A stretch of DNA of 64,000 nucleotides, taken from a virus. A program made the translations under genes and the position numbers. Positions 1 through 9,789 of the stretch are shown one piece after another. Within the stretch, counting starts at the first letter, position 1; each line of letters begins with the position of its first letter. The stretch is from IMG/VR virus record IMGVR_UViG_3300044274_000334; one strand, 5' to 3'. The notes beneath the pieces were generated by a model. It was not told where the DNA came from. It saw only the letters and a program-made list of their open reading frames with translations, and searched no databases.

Positions 1-207
1 TAGTTTTTCAATCAATATATTCGTTATTTCAGAATAAGAGAGCTTCGATGCAAAATAATCAGCGGCATCTTCAATATACTCAAAATCCATCCGCGAAGCT
101 TCTTCGATATCCCGTTGGGAAAAAAGACATTGAGCTATTGAATGTATTTTTGGATACCATGTATCGATTTTATCGAAGTCAAGAATAGGCAAAGAAATTC
201 CTTTCAT
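1..207 (-). CDS. Hypothetical protein, N-terminal part (runs off left edge)
   Basis: Manual translation from ATG 207: MKGISLPILDFDKIDTWYPKIHSIAQ... open to position 1. Confidence 0.5.
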   Translation of the reverse strand, partial: MKGISLPILDFDKIDTWYPKIHSIAQCLFSQRDIEEASRMDFEYIEDAADYFASKLSYSEITNILIEKL

Positions 208-242
208 CTGAATTTAAGTACAAAAAATATGTTTGTTTCTCT

Positions 243-761
243 TTAAGTCGCATTTGCAATGTCAGCGTCTATTAAATTGAGTTCCGACTCCCACCATTCA
301 ATGGCTTCGGTCAGAACATCACGAGCATCATTACCTTCGAAATACCCTTCAACCATCGGTCTGTAGATATTTTCATCCAAGGACAGGACCTCGCGAAGGG
401 GAACTGCGTCTCCGCCATTGACAGGTTTGGCGATTGCCTCAATTGCAATATAAACCTCCCCTAGCGGGTGAACTTCGCTGCGATATTCCTTAAGCAGATT
501 ATTGCGTTCCTTCTCTATGAATTCATGAAAAATGATGTGTTCTTCCCGATTGGTCTGCCAGCGAGAATAAGCTTGGCGAATTACGTCAGAAGCAACTTTA
601 TTTTGCTTCGCGTCAACTTTGTGAAGAACATGACCTACTGCCCTAATGAGTGCTACCGCCGCAGCCCAATGTACGCGCCATTTGTCGTCATCAACATCTT
701 CTTCCAGCAACATCAGTGCAACGCGGCAGTCATCTAGTACTGTTCTCGCTTGGTAGGTCAT
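243..761 (-). CDS. Hypothetical protein, 172 aa
   Basis: Clean, protein-like helical ORF; divergent from the helicase. Confidence 0.75.
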   Translation of the reverse strand: MTYQARTVLDDCRVALMLLEEDVDDDKWRVHWAAAVALIRAVGHVLHKVDAKQNKVASDVIRQAYSRWQTNREEHIIFHEFIEKERNNLLKEYRSEVHPLGEVYIAIEAIAKPVNGGDAVPLREVLSLDENIYRPMVEGYFEGNDARDVLTEAIEWWESELNLIDADIANAT

Positions 762-1041
762 GTCTTCTTCCTACCTTTTCGAACGCATTGGATTTGAGCA
801 GATGTAGCTAGCTCTCTTTGCGAGCGTTTCGGTTGTAGGCTTCGTAAAATCCGGCAATACCATTAATTCTAAAATACTTTTCCTATCAATGTGTTGTATA
901 ATAACATACCTCAATTTAAAGTATAAACAACCAAATCGTGTGCCGGTTTGTTTTTGGGTCCGAGGAATGAGTGAACCCGTCCTCATCCGCACTGGCCAGC
1001 GACACGGAGAGCTTTGAAATTGCAGATTGATGATGTGAGAT

Positions 1042-4000
1042 ATGACCAAACGCGTTTTTGTAAAAAAGGGAATTGCTGAGCTTGAGAAGCTCTTTGATCA
1101 GCAGAAAAATGACAGCCGATTTTTGGACGATTTGGTTGGTGAACTGGAATTTCGAAAGACGCAACGCGCGTTGAAATTGAAGCAGACCGCAATACGGCGG
1201 AGGCGTTCTTTGGAAGGCGGAACCATTGAACCGGAAGCGGAGCCTCGTCTACCTATCGATGAGCCGAAGCCGAATAAACAATTCACCGCTGCGGCTAAGC
1301 CGATACCATCACCGTCGAAAGTAATTTCTTCAAAGCCAGCGCCAATTCCGGTAGAGCGAGCAGCACCCGCTCCGACCGAAATCACCAACGATACTGCCCA
1401 GATTTTGCGAGCTTGGACAGCGATGGAGGTTTTGTCTCCCGCCAGTTTTGATAAGCCGGAAAAGCTTGTGGGGGGAAGCAAGTGGGACGTTGCATGGCTC
1501 GAAAACGGTCTGCCTTGGGAAACAGGGCAGAATATCGGTAAGAAGAATTACCGCCTTTATTACCAGATCATCCTCGGCACAATTGACCTCGAAAGCGCAG
1601 TCAGTTCGTTGCTGTCCGTCTATACGGATTCTCGTATCGAGCGACCACCCGCCAAGGGAGAGGCGGTCCTTGCTTCCGTCATAGTCGATAAGGATGGACG
1701 CCCGGTAGATGAGGACGGACTTGCCCTTTCGAGTTTTGGGTGGGGAGTTCCCATCGCGCTTTCAGGGAACCTCAATGGGCTTGGCGCCTGGACCAGCGCG
1801 GAAAACAGCCTTTTGGAACAACTGAATGATCTTTTGGTTGTCGAAGACGAAGATGGCAATGTCCTCCCACTCAATATCGAGAACATCGAAGAGGCGTATG
1901 AGTGGTTGTTGGAGGCAACAGGTCTCGATAGACGACTAACCAAATCACCGACATTCGCAATCCGGCAATTTCAGTACTATACGAATTCGGAAGCACCGGA
2001 GTCGGTGCTCCTAAACTCATTCTTTCTTGGTGATTTGGCGCTGGCTACAGGTCTCGCGCGACAAGACAAGCTTACGTCCAACTTGTCTCTCTATCTCGGA
2101 GAATCGAGACCGAAGGAACGCCGCAACCTCTTAAGTGAAACGGATGCAATTCAATTCGCTCTTGAACCGAAAAAGTTTCCCAAAGGCGCATGGCCGGGCG
2201 ATGGGCGACACCCTTTGGTTACCTTGCAACAATGTGCGGTCAACCTTGCCTCTCATGACCTTCAGCAACAAGGTATTCTTGCGGTAAACGGTCCGCCGGG
2301 CACCGGGAAAACCACGTTATTGCGAGATGTGATCGCCTCCATCGTGACGGACCGGGCGCGGGTTATGACGTCCTATCGCGATCCCGAAACAGCCTTCACG
2401 CACTCGGGACAGAAGCTGAAAAAAGGTCAAGCGTTCGTCCATCTCTATCGGTTGGACGATAAACTGCGCGGCTCCGAAATTGTCGTTGCCTCGTCCAACA
2501 ACAAGGCTGTCGAGAATGTTAGCGCCGAATTGCCTGGCATTGACGCTGTGGCAAAAGATGCTGATGACCTTCGCTATTTCAAAACGGTTTCAGATCAGCT
2601 TTTGCAGAAGGAAAGCTGGGGCGCCATCGCAGCGGTGTTGGGAAATGCGGGTAACCGCGCGCAGTTCCGGAAAATGTTTTGGTGGGATGAAGATCATGGA
2701 CTTCATACCTACCTCAAGCATGCTTCGGGGAGCGGAAAACTCGTCTCCGAAGGACAAGGCGAAGACAGAACGCAAAGACCTCCTATTATTGTCGCTCGGG
2801 AAGATGCGCCTGAAGATCACGACCAGGCCCTCCGGCGGTGGCGAAAAGCCGTGGCGAAGTTCAAAGAACTCGACAAAGCGGTCGAACAGGAGATTGCGGA
2901 GTATCAAGCCGCACACGAATTAGCGGCGGATATTGTACGTGAAAAGGCTGTGGTCGAACTGCTCCTTGAGGAGATTGAAAACAAAGCAGAAGAACGAGAA
3001 ACAGCATCCACGAGCCTTAAACAAGCCAAGGATATCTGTATTCGTTGCCAGTCCGAAGTCGAGGCAGCACGCGCGATGTTGGCTGAAAGGCTTGCGGTAA
3101 AACCTGGTTTCTTCAAAAGGTTGTTTGATCGCGCCAATTACAGAATTTGGCGCGCGACGTATGATGAAGCCGGCGATCAGTTTGAGCTGGCCACAAGCAA
3201 TAACAGTCAGGCGATAAACCAACACCGCGAGGCAGAAGCTGCCCTTGCCGCCATTCAGGAATTCATAAGGAGCGGCGAAAATACCATTGCCGACAAACGG
3301 CGGTACATTGATCAAAGAACAAATGAGTATCGTCGGCTGATCAATGAGCTTGGCGGTACTCCCATCGATGATGATTTTTTCGATCAGTCTTCGAGAGAGC
3401 GACAAACGGCTACGCCTTGGTTCAGCGAGAAGCTATCACGGCTGCGTCAGGACCTCTTCCAACAAGCAATGGCTCTTCACAAGGCGTTTGTTGACGCCGC
3501 CGCGAAGCCGATCAGGCATAATCTGAATATCCTGCTCGACGGGTTCGGCACGAAATCTTTGGGTTCTGCCGAGAAGGACGCGCTAATCCCGCATATGTGG
3601 TCAACGCTTTTTCTGGTGGTTCCGGCTGTTTCGACAACTTTCGCATCCGTCTCGCGCATGTTTGGGCGGCTACATCCGAATGAGCTGGGCTGGCTTCTGA
3701 TTGACGAAGCAGGACAAGCGCTGCCGCAAGCGGCTGTCGGCGCAATCATGCGAACCAAACGCGCTATCGTCGTTGGTGATCCAATCCAGATCGAGCCCGT
3801 TGTGGTGTTGCCGGAGTCGTTGACCGAAGCGATCTGTAAGCAGTTTGGGATTGACCCGTTAATCTACAATGCACCGCAAGCGTCCACACAAACGATGGCT
3901 GACAGCGCGACCTCATATTTTGCGACCTTCGAGGCGCAGTTCGGTACACGCGAAGTTGGTGTTCCGCTTCTGGTTCATCGACGCTGCGCCGACCCGATGT

Positions 4001-4539
4001 TCAGTATTTCAAACCATATCGCCTATGAAGACCAGATGGTGCAGGCGAAAGCTGAAAAACAGTCGAATATCAGGACAGTCCTGGGTTCACCGCGATGGAT
4101 TGATATTCGCGGAGACGCACAAGAAAAATGGTGCCCGCAAGAGGGGCAGGAAGTGCTGAAACTGCTTCAGGCGATGAGGCAGGATCGATGCGCGGCGGAG
4201 ATATACATCGTGACACCTTTTGTCGTTGTGCAGAATCGTATGCGTGAATTGCTCCGCCGTGAACGCATTTTGGAAGGCTGGGTGGATGAACCCAACCGCT
4301 GGATCAATGAGCGGATTGGAACTGTTCACACGGTACAGGGTCGTGAAGCCGAAGGAGTGATTATGATCCTCGGCGCACCGCGTGCCGATCAACGAGGCGC
4401 GCGAGGGTGGGCGGGCGGTCGCCCCAACCTTCTGAATGTGGCGGTGACACGCGCCAAGGAGACGCTCTACGTTGTTGGCAATCGCGAGCTATGGCGGGAA
4501 GCGGGACACTTCAAGACGCTTGATGCGTACTTGAATTAG
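1042..4539 (+). CDS. Superfamily 1 (UPF1/DNA2-like, AAA_11/AAA_12) helicase
   Basis: Walker A GPPGTGKTT, SSNNKAVEN, motif II IDEAGQ, VGDPIQIEP, HRRC, GTVHTVQGRE, motif VI NVAVTRAK; long coiled-coil insert. Confidence 0.92.
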   Translation: MTKRVFVKKGIAELEKLFDQQKNDSRFLDDLVGELEFRKTQRALKLKQTAIRRRRSLEGGTIEPEAEPRLPIDEPKPNKQFTAAAKPIPSPSKVISSKPAPIPVERAAPAPTEITNDTAQILRAWTAMEVLSPASFDKPEKLVGGSKWDVAWLENGLPWETGQNIGKKNYRLYYQIILGTIDLESAVSSLLSVYTDSRIERPPAKGEAVLASVIVDKDGRPVDEDGLALSSFGWGVPIALSGNLNGLGAWTSAENSLLEQLNDLLVVEDEDGNVLPLNIENIEEAYEWLLEATGLDRRLTKSPTFAIRQFQYYTNSEAPESVLLNSFFLGDLALATGLARQDKLTSNLSLYLGESRPKERRNLLSETDAIQFALEPKKFPKGAWPGDGRHPLVTLQQCAVNLASHDLQQQGILAVNGPPGTGKTTLLRDVIASIVTDRARVMTSYRDPETAFTHSGQKLKKGQAFVHLYRLDDKLRGSEIVVASSNNKAVENVSAELPGIDAVAKDADDLRYFKTVSDQLLQKESWGAIAAVLGNAGNRAQFRKMFWWDEDHGLHTYLKHASGSGKLVSEGQGEDRTQRPPIIVAREDAPEDHDQALRRWRKAVAKFKELDKAVEQEIAEYQAAHELAADIVREKAVVELLLEEIENKAEERETASTSLKQAKDICIRCQSEVEAARAMLAERLAVKPGFFKRLFDRANYRIWRATYDEAGDQFELATSNNSQAINQHREAEAALAAIQEFIRSGENTIADKRRYIDQRTNEYRRLINELGGTPIDDDFFDQSSRERQTATPWFSEKLSRLRQDLFQQAMALHKAFVDAAAKPIRHNLNILLDGFGTKSLGSAEKDALIPHMWSTLFLVVPAVSTTFASVSRMFGRLHPNELGWLLIDEAGQALPQAAVGAIMRTKRAIVVGDPIQIEPVVVLPESLTEAICKQFGIDPLIYNAPQASTQTMADSATSYFATFEAQFGTREVGVPLLVHRRCADPMFSISNHIAYEDQMVQAKAEKQSNIRTVLGSPRWIDIRGDAQEKWCPQEGQEVLKLLQAMRQDRCAAEIYIVTPFVVVQNRMRELLRRERILEGWVDEPNRWINERIGTVHTVQGREAEGVIMILGAPRADQRGARGWAGGRPNLLNVAVTRAKETLYVVGNRELWREAGHFKTLDAYLN

Positions 4540-4726
4540 CCGCTTTAACAAGGAGCGATCAAACGGTGATCCGTTTGAATGGAAGTAGTAGGCTCGATGC
4601 CGCCCCATCACCAATTATCAGGGTGATCCAACGTCCCTTCGTTGGTCAGGATGAAACGCCGAACCGTTTCGCTGGTGCTGACAGGCTCAATGCCTGATCA
4701 GCGCCATTAGCCGGAGGGGATGCAAC

Positions 4727-4784
4727 GGGGAGCGCGCAGCGGGCTCCCCTTGCCAAGATGTGCTGTGCAACAGCACACATCTTG
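4727..4784. other. Paired inverted repeats around CTTGCCA; candidate oriT
   Basis: GGGGAGC/GCTCCCC (4727-4749) and CAAGATGTG/CACATCTTG (4754-4784) with inner TGTGCTGT/ACAGCACA. Confidence 0.35.
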
Positions 4785-4802
4785 CATCATCACTTAATGC
4801 TT

Positions 4803-5762
4803 TCAGATGTCCGAATGGACCTCATCTTGGGTAGTAGTGCGGATGTGACGGAACTGCGTGTCTGATACGACTGCGACACCCTCCAGGGGCACTTTATGGT
4901 CTTTCCAAATCAGCTCTAGCAGATCCTCAGCGCTGCAATCTGGATAGAGAAGTGGTCTCTCGCAATCCAACTGAGGGCACATGAGAATGCCTTTATTGGC
5001 ATAAGGGAAATGAATCGCCACACCATGGCGCTTTGTGGAAAGCGAACGGAAATAGCTAACACCGTAAGCGCCATAAGTCGCACTTCCCAAAGGCAGTGCC
5101 GTCTTTACATTTGCTTCGATGTGAAAGATTTGGCTGCCCGTATCCCACTCACTCTTAACTTCATAGACGAAAACGCTATCGGCACCGCCGCCAATAAGGC
5201 CGGTATCAGCAAAATGATGCTCTAGATATAACTCAATGTGGAAGTGGCCGACCTCAGACAATTGTTCGTCATCTATCACAGCTCGAAAGGCTTCACGCAT
5301 ACGCTCATTCACCGGCCGCGTGCTCTCCAAGCTATGAAACGCCGCTTGATACGCGGCGAAGGCTGGCTGGCTGCCAATCCATGCCGAAGTCGCGTCGTGA
5401 GTTACATTCCCATCTTTAATGACTGTAATGCGGGGGCTACGAGCAATAACTTCGCATAGAATGAATTCACATTCTTGAGCAGAATCCCTATGAACTTGTT
5501 CCAGTTCTTCAACCAGCCGTGGAGTATTCCAGGACTTAAGTTCTTCAGAAAAAAAACGCTTCAGAAATTCCGTTGCAAAACCTGAGTTTCCTGCAAACGA
5601 GAGGCATATATGAGGATGAAGAATAACAGTTTTCAGCAGGCCAGATAGCGGCGCATTCTGACGTAAATTACGTTCTGAGACAGTTCCAAATGTATCAATC
5701 ACTTTGGAATCTGAATGAACATACAATTCATCGCTCTCTTTACGGCACACAACTAAAGTCAT
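4803..5762 (-). CDS. Proteasome-beta/HslV-like Ntn-hydrolase with extra C-terminal domain
   Basis: After Met removal: T1, D17, K19, K43..G57 (same 14-residue spacing as K33..G47), and WIGS resembling the AIGSG motif. Confidence 0.65.
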   Translation of the reverse strand: MTLVVCRKESDELYVHSDSKVIDTFGTVSERNLRQNAPLSGLLKTVILHPHICLSFAGNSGFATEFLKRFFSEELKSWNTPRLVEELEQVHRDSAQECEFILCEVIARSPRITVIKDGNVTHDATSAWIGSQPAFAAYQAAFHSLESTRPVNERMREAFRAVIDDEQLSEVGHFHIELYLEHHFADTGLIGGGADSVFVYEVKSEWDTGSQIFHIEANVKTALPLGSATYGAYGVSYFRSLSTKRHGVAIHFPYANKGILMCPQLDCERPLLYPDCSAEDLLELIWKDHKVPLEGVAVVSDTQFRHIRTTTQDEVHSDI

Positions 5763-5823
5763 TATTTTAATCCGTATTCAGAGAAAGGTCTGTGTTAAAC
5801 TGGAACTTTCGGCCAGAAGCCAA

Positions 5824-6258
5824 TTACACGAGACGGGGGGCCGGTGCCTTTTGTTTTTCCAGACGTGTTTTAATGGCGGTCAAATAGTGCGCATGGAGAC
5901 CGTCTTTGGCTTCTATTCCGCGTATCAACTGATGATACTGCCTTGATAGAACTAAAAGTATCGCCTCAGCAGCCTCATGTTTTCGAGATTTTGCAAAGCG
6001 ACAAAATTCAACCATATCCTCTAATGGACATCGACCGTCAGCATTTGAGCTCAACAGATCAAATCCTGCGTCCATTAGAGCGATGATTGCATGTGGAGCC
6101 TGCCCTTTTCGGAACATATTGACCGCGACACACCCTAAGTCCTGCTCTTTCTCGCCCAACTCACCGTTGTAGTCTAAAAGCGCATACGCAACAGCTTGTC
6201 TATCATTCAACTCAATCGCGTCTTTAACCTCCAAATATAAACTCTCTCTGCTTTTCAC
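5824..6258 (-). CDS. Hypothetical protein, possible ankyrin-like repeat
   Basis: AIIALMDAGFDLLSSNADGRCPLEDMV resembles one ankyrin unit; GTG start with AAGGA. Confidence 0.55.
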   Translation of the reverse strand: MKSRESLYLEVKDAIELNDRQAVAYALLDYNGELGEKEQDLGCVAVNMFRKGQAPHAIIALMDAGFDLLSSNADGRCPLEDMVEFCRFAKSRKHEAAEAILLVLSRQYHQLIRGIEAKDGLHAHYLTAIKTRLEKQKAPAPRLV

Positions 6259-6502
6259 TTAAATCCTTTTTATTAATAATATAATTTTCACTGTGAAGTA
6301 TTTTCTCTAAAATATCTTGGTCTATATCATAAAATTGTATAATTTCACAAGTTTTCATAACTTGGTGTGATCGAACCCAGTGAAAACTGTAACCAAAATG
6401 AGGAACGACATCCACCTTATGGGCGTCGAATCGAAAACTGGTTATTGCCTAACAGAAGGGCTAAATTTGCGTTGGAACGAATTGGCACTGTAGGAATAGC
6501 TG

Positions 6503-7417
6503 ATGGCATCAGGCCGCAAAACTTCGAGTAACGATGCAGAGAAAGCTCTGCTTGAAGCACTAATCGATGAGTTATCGGACAAGCAACTTTCTTCGCGCGA
6601 TCTGGACGACGTTATTAATCAGCATCTTCTTGGAGCGCCCCCAGAGCCTGAACACACCTCCCCCGACCAGGAAAATCAAGAGCAAGATAAACGCCCTTTG
6701 ATAGAGGACATGATCGCTCGTAGGCGACCAAAGCTCATTAAATCGCCGTCAGGAAGGGTTATTAAAAACCCCGATATTAGTGCGTCTTCAAAAATGCGAG
6801 ACGCTACGCGAACGATCAATCCTTTGAAGCTCAAGGCAAAGGTGTTGGCGCTAGCGACTGCAGAGCTTTCCAAAATTAAATTAACAAAACTGTTGCAAGA
6901 AATCGGAGAAATATTAGAAGATAAAGACTTGGGAAGGAAATTAGACGCATTAACAAAACAACATATAAGAGAACAGATATCTGAACTGTTCTCTACAGCG
7001 TCTAAATCTATATTCACATCAGAAGCTGAGTTCCATGACTTCGTTCGGGAAATCGCTAGCGAATTCCTCGCACCAGTGGATGGAGCTGAATTGCCTACTG
7101 AAGCGCCCGCGTTATGGGCCGACCGAACCACAGGTCGAGAGGTGACACCCGTAGATTTCATCAAGCAATATTACGGCGAGTTTGTCGCTACCGATCTCCC
7201 CCAGCAACATCGACTGCCCCGCCCGCTCCTGCGCGAACTAGATATGCCGCTCTACAACGCTTACGCCGCCTGGATAAAAAGACATCCAGAGGATGATTTG
7301 CACCTCCCTACCCGCTCTCAACTAGTCGATCTAGAGCTGTCAAATCTAGATGAGGCTACCCTCAGACGGGCAGGCCGTCTTAAGTCGACCGCATATCGGC
7401 GGAAAAACGATTTGTAA
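6503..7417 (+). CDS. Hypothetical protein, 304 aa
   Basis: Long ORF with TAGGA upstream; no family recognised. Confidence 0.75.
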   Translation: MASGRKTSSNDAEKALLEALIDELSDKQLSSRDLDDVINQHLLGAPPEPEHTSPDQENQEQDKRPLIEDMIARRRPKLIKSPSGRVIKNPDISASSKMRDATRTINPLKLKAKVLALATAELSKIKLTKLLQEIGEILEDKDLGRKLDALTKQHIREQISELFSTASKSIFTSEAEFHDFVREIASEFLAPVDGAELPTEAPALWADRTTGREVTPVDFIKQYYGEFVATDLPQQHRLPRPLLRELDMPLYNAYAAWIKRHPEDDLHLPTRSQLVDLELSNLDEATLRRAGRLKSTAYRRKNDL

Positions 7418-7434
7418 ATTTTAAGTCCAAAACG

Positions 7435-7463
7435 TTGACAAATAATGTCTCGTTCACTATGTT
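7435..7463 (+). promoter_or_regulatory. Sigma70-type promoter
   Basis: TTGACA-17 bp-TATGTT; TTGACAA...TTGTCAA inverted repeat spans it. Confidence 0.6.
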
Positions 7464-7499
7464 TATCTTGTCAAACGGATGAACAGAGAGGACTAGTTC

Positions 7500-7628
7500 A
7501 TGACTTTGAGCACAGAGCAGCAGAACCGTATCGCCGAGATCGCACGCAAAGGCGGCACTGTCCCGACGAATGGGTTGCCGTGGCAAACCAAAGAAAAGAT
7601 CGACGCTATCGTGAACAAAAATAAGTAG
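7500..7628 (+). CDS. Small 42-aa protein, below the ORF-track cutoff
   Basis: MTLSTEQQNRIAEIARKGGTVPTNGLPWQTKEKIDAIVNKNK; GAGAGGA RBS; own promoter and terminator. Confidence 0.6.
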   Translation: MTLSTEQQNRIAEIARKGGTVPTNGLPWQTKEKIDAIVNKNK

Positions 7629-7656
7629 TCGCGAACACACGAGCAAGAACCTCGGG

Positions 7657-7684
7657 CCCGGCGACTGCGGTTGCCGGGTTTTTC
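7657..7684 (+). terminator. Intrinsic terminator
   Basis: CCCGGCGAC-TGCG-GTTGCCGGG then TTTTT. Confidence 0.75.
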
Positions 7685-7754
7685 GTTTTCTAGTCAGTAA
7701 AACGAAAGAATATTACGTCGTTTTTACTTGGAGCAATAGGACTTTTATCCTATT

Positions 7755-8114
7755 ATGTTCTCTAATTGTTCTTTCAAAATGAAAGAGACGAAAAGGAGAA
7801 AACCAAGCGAGAAAAGGCTCAGGAGGGCCGAGGAGAAAAAGACATTGACCGGCACGCCACACGACTATGAAATCGACAAGGAAGGCATGCCCACCTTGTC
7901 TATCGATTGGGAGCTCTATGCAGAACTCCTCAGCGAATCCGACCTTGCGGACGAAGAGAAGCGCGAATTCATCGAGACCTTGTGGTCGCTGATAGTGAGC
8001 TTCGTTGACCTGGGCTTTGGGATCAGCTCGGAAAGCCGGATCACTAACTTATTGCCCGATGGCTTGCCTGAACAAATAGAAGCTCACATGAGAGACGAAA
8101 GGAGGTCACCATGA
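7755..8114 (+). CDS. Small conserved-looking protein coupled to the serine recombinase
   Basis: IDWELY...EFIETLWSLIVSFVDLGFG; stop overlaps recombinase start (ATGA). Confidence 0.7.
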   Translation: MFSNCSFKMKETKRRKPSEKRLRRAEEKKTLTGTPHDYEIDKEGMPTLSIDWELYAELLSESDLADEEKREFIETLWSLIVSFVDLGFGISSESRITNLLPDGLPEQIEAHMRDERRSP

Positions 8115-9667
8115 ACCAGCACTCCCCTATTCCCAACCAGACAGCCACACGCGCTGTGATCTACTGTCGGGTATCGGGAAGCAAGCAAGTGCGTGAGGGC
8201 GATGGCCTCGCCTCTCAAGAACGTCGCTGCCGAGAATATGCGGCCCACCACAAATATGATGTGGTTGAGGTCTTCCATGACGATATCTCTGGCAAGAGCC
8301 TAGAGCGCCCAGCCATGACGGCTATGCTTGCCTACTTGCGAAAGCACAAGAGCCAGCGACAGCACGTGGTTGTCATCGATGACATAAGCCGATTTGCGCG
8401 TGGATTGTAGGCACACCTTGAACTCCGCGCCCTACTCGCTCAGGCGGGCGGCAAGCTTGAAAGCCCTTCAATCGAATTCGGGGAAGACTCAGACTCCCTT
8501 CTCATTGAGCACCTGCTCGCCAGCGTGGCGCAGCACCAACGCGAGAAGAACGGCGAGCAGACCGTCAACCGCATGCGGGCACGCATGATGAACGGCTATT
8601 GGGTATTTCAGGCTCCTGTCGGTTTTAGGTATGAACGCTCTGGGCAGCACGGCAAGGTTCTCGTCCGTAACGAACCTGTTTCGAGTATCTTGACTGAAGC
8701 ACTAGAAGCCTATGCATCTGGCCGCTTCGACAGTCAGGCGGAAATCCGACACTTCCTCGAAGGACATCCTCTCTACCCAAAAAACAAAAAGGGGCAGGTC
8801 GTCCAACAGCGTGTGACTGACATTCTCGACCAGCCACTTTATGCGGGACATATTACCCACGAAAACTGGAACCTGAATCTTGTCAGAGGAAAGCACGAGG
8901 GGCTGGTTTCACTTGAGACATGGTTCAAGATTCAAGAACGCCGTAACGGGGCTTTAAAGGCCCCTACACGCAGAGACATCAGCGCAGACTTCCCTCTACG
9001 CGGTTTCGTCCTTTGCGCCGACTGTGGCAAGCCCTACACAGCCTGCTGGTCGCATGGAATGACGAAGCAGTATCCCTATTATCTGTGCGACACAAAAGAC
9101 TGCCTGAGCTATCGCAAATCGATCAAACGCGCTGCCCTCGAAGGCGCATTTGAAGAGATTGTGCAAAACCTCCAGCCAGGAGAGAAACTCTTCGATCTGG
9201 TTCGCGCGATGTTCACCGACGCGTGGAAGCAAAGACAAGCTCAAGCAAGCTCGCTTACGGACGGCTTGAAACGGGAACTCACGAAGCTGGAAAATCAGAT
9301 TGATGGCTTTCTGAATCGTATCGTCGATGCGTCGAGCCCATCAGTCATCACTGCCTATGAAAAGAAGATCGAATCTTTGGAAACGCAGAAGCTTTTGATC
9401 GAAGATAAGCTGCAAAATGGATCACAGCCTCTCTACACCTTCGAAGAGCTTATCGAACTCACCTGCGATTTTCTGGCAAGTCCTTGGAATCTATGGCGTT
9501 CTGGCCAACTGCACCTGCGTAGACTGGTGCTAAAACTGGCCTTTGCCGAACGCATGACCTACTGCCGTGAAAACGGCTATCGAACTGCAAAATTATCTTT
9601 GCCGTTCAAAGTGTTAGATCAGATTCAAAACCATCCAGAAGGGATGGTGCGGTCGAGAAACACCTGA
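8111..9667 (+). pseudogene. Large serine recombinase interrupted by in-frame TAG at 8408-8410
   Basis: YCRVS catalytic motif, DDISRFAR, recombinase domain, CxxC...C zinc ribbon, coiled coil; same frame continues after TAG (AHLELR...). Confidence 0.9.
9645..9659 (-). other. Candidate att core matching a tRNA-Leu 3' end (TTCTCGACCGCACCA)
   Basis: Reverse complement ends in ACCA and matches my recollection of alphaproteobacterial tRNA-Leu(GAG); lies between the two recombinase genes. Confidence 0.6.
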
Positions 9668-9789
9668 CAACGTTTACCAGACTGTTCAGAGCCTAACGCC
9701 AGATGATGATACATACTTGAAAAGATTGACTTTCATCCTCTCTCGTTTATCAGAGCCTTTCAGGACTCAACATAGCAGCACACCCTCGC

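Larger units (their letters stand above)
1..9659. mobile_element. Right end of an integrative island (serine-recombinase type) with defence-like cargo
   Basis: Ends in a large serine recombinase whose last codons overlap a tRNA-Leu 3'-end match; AT-richer cargo; left end lies outside the window. Confidence 0.6.

Noticed and set aside
243-761. HEPN nuclease label
   Set aside because: ERNNLLKEY lacks the His of R-x4-6-H; not supportable without a profile search
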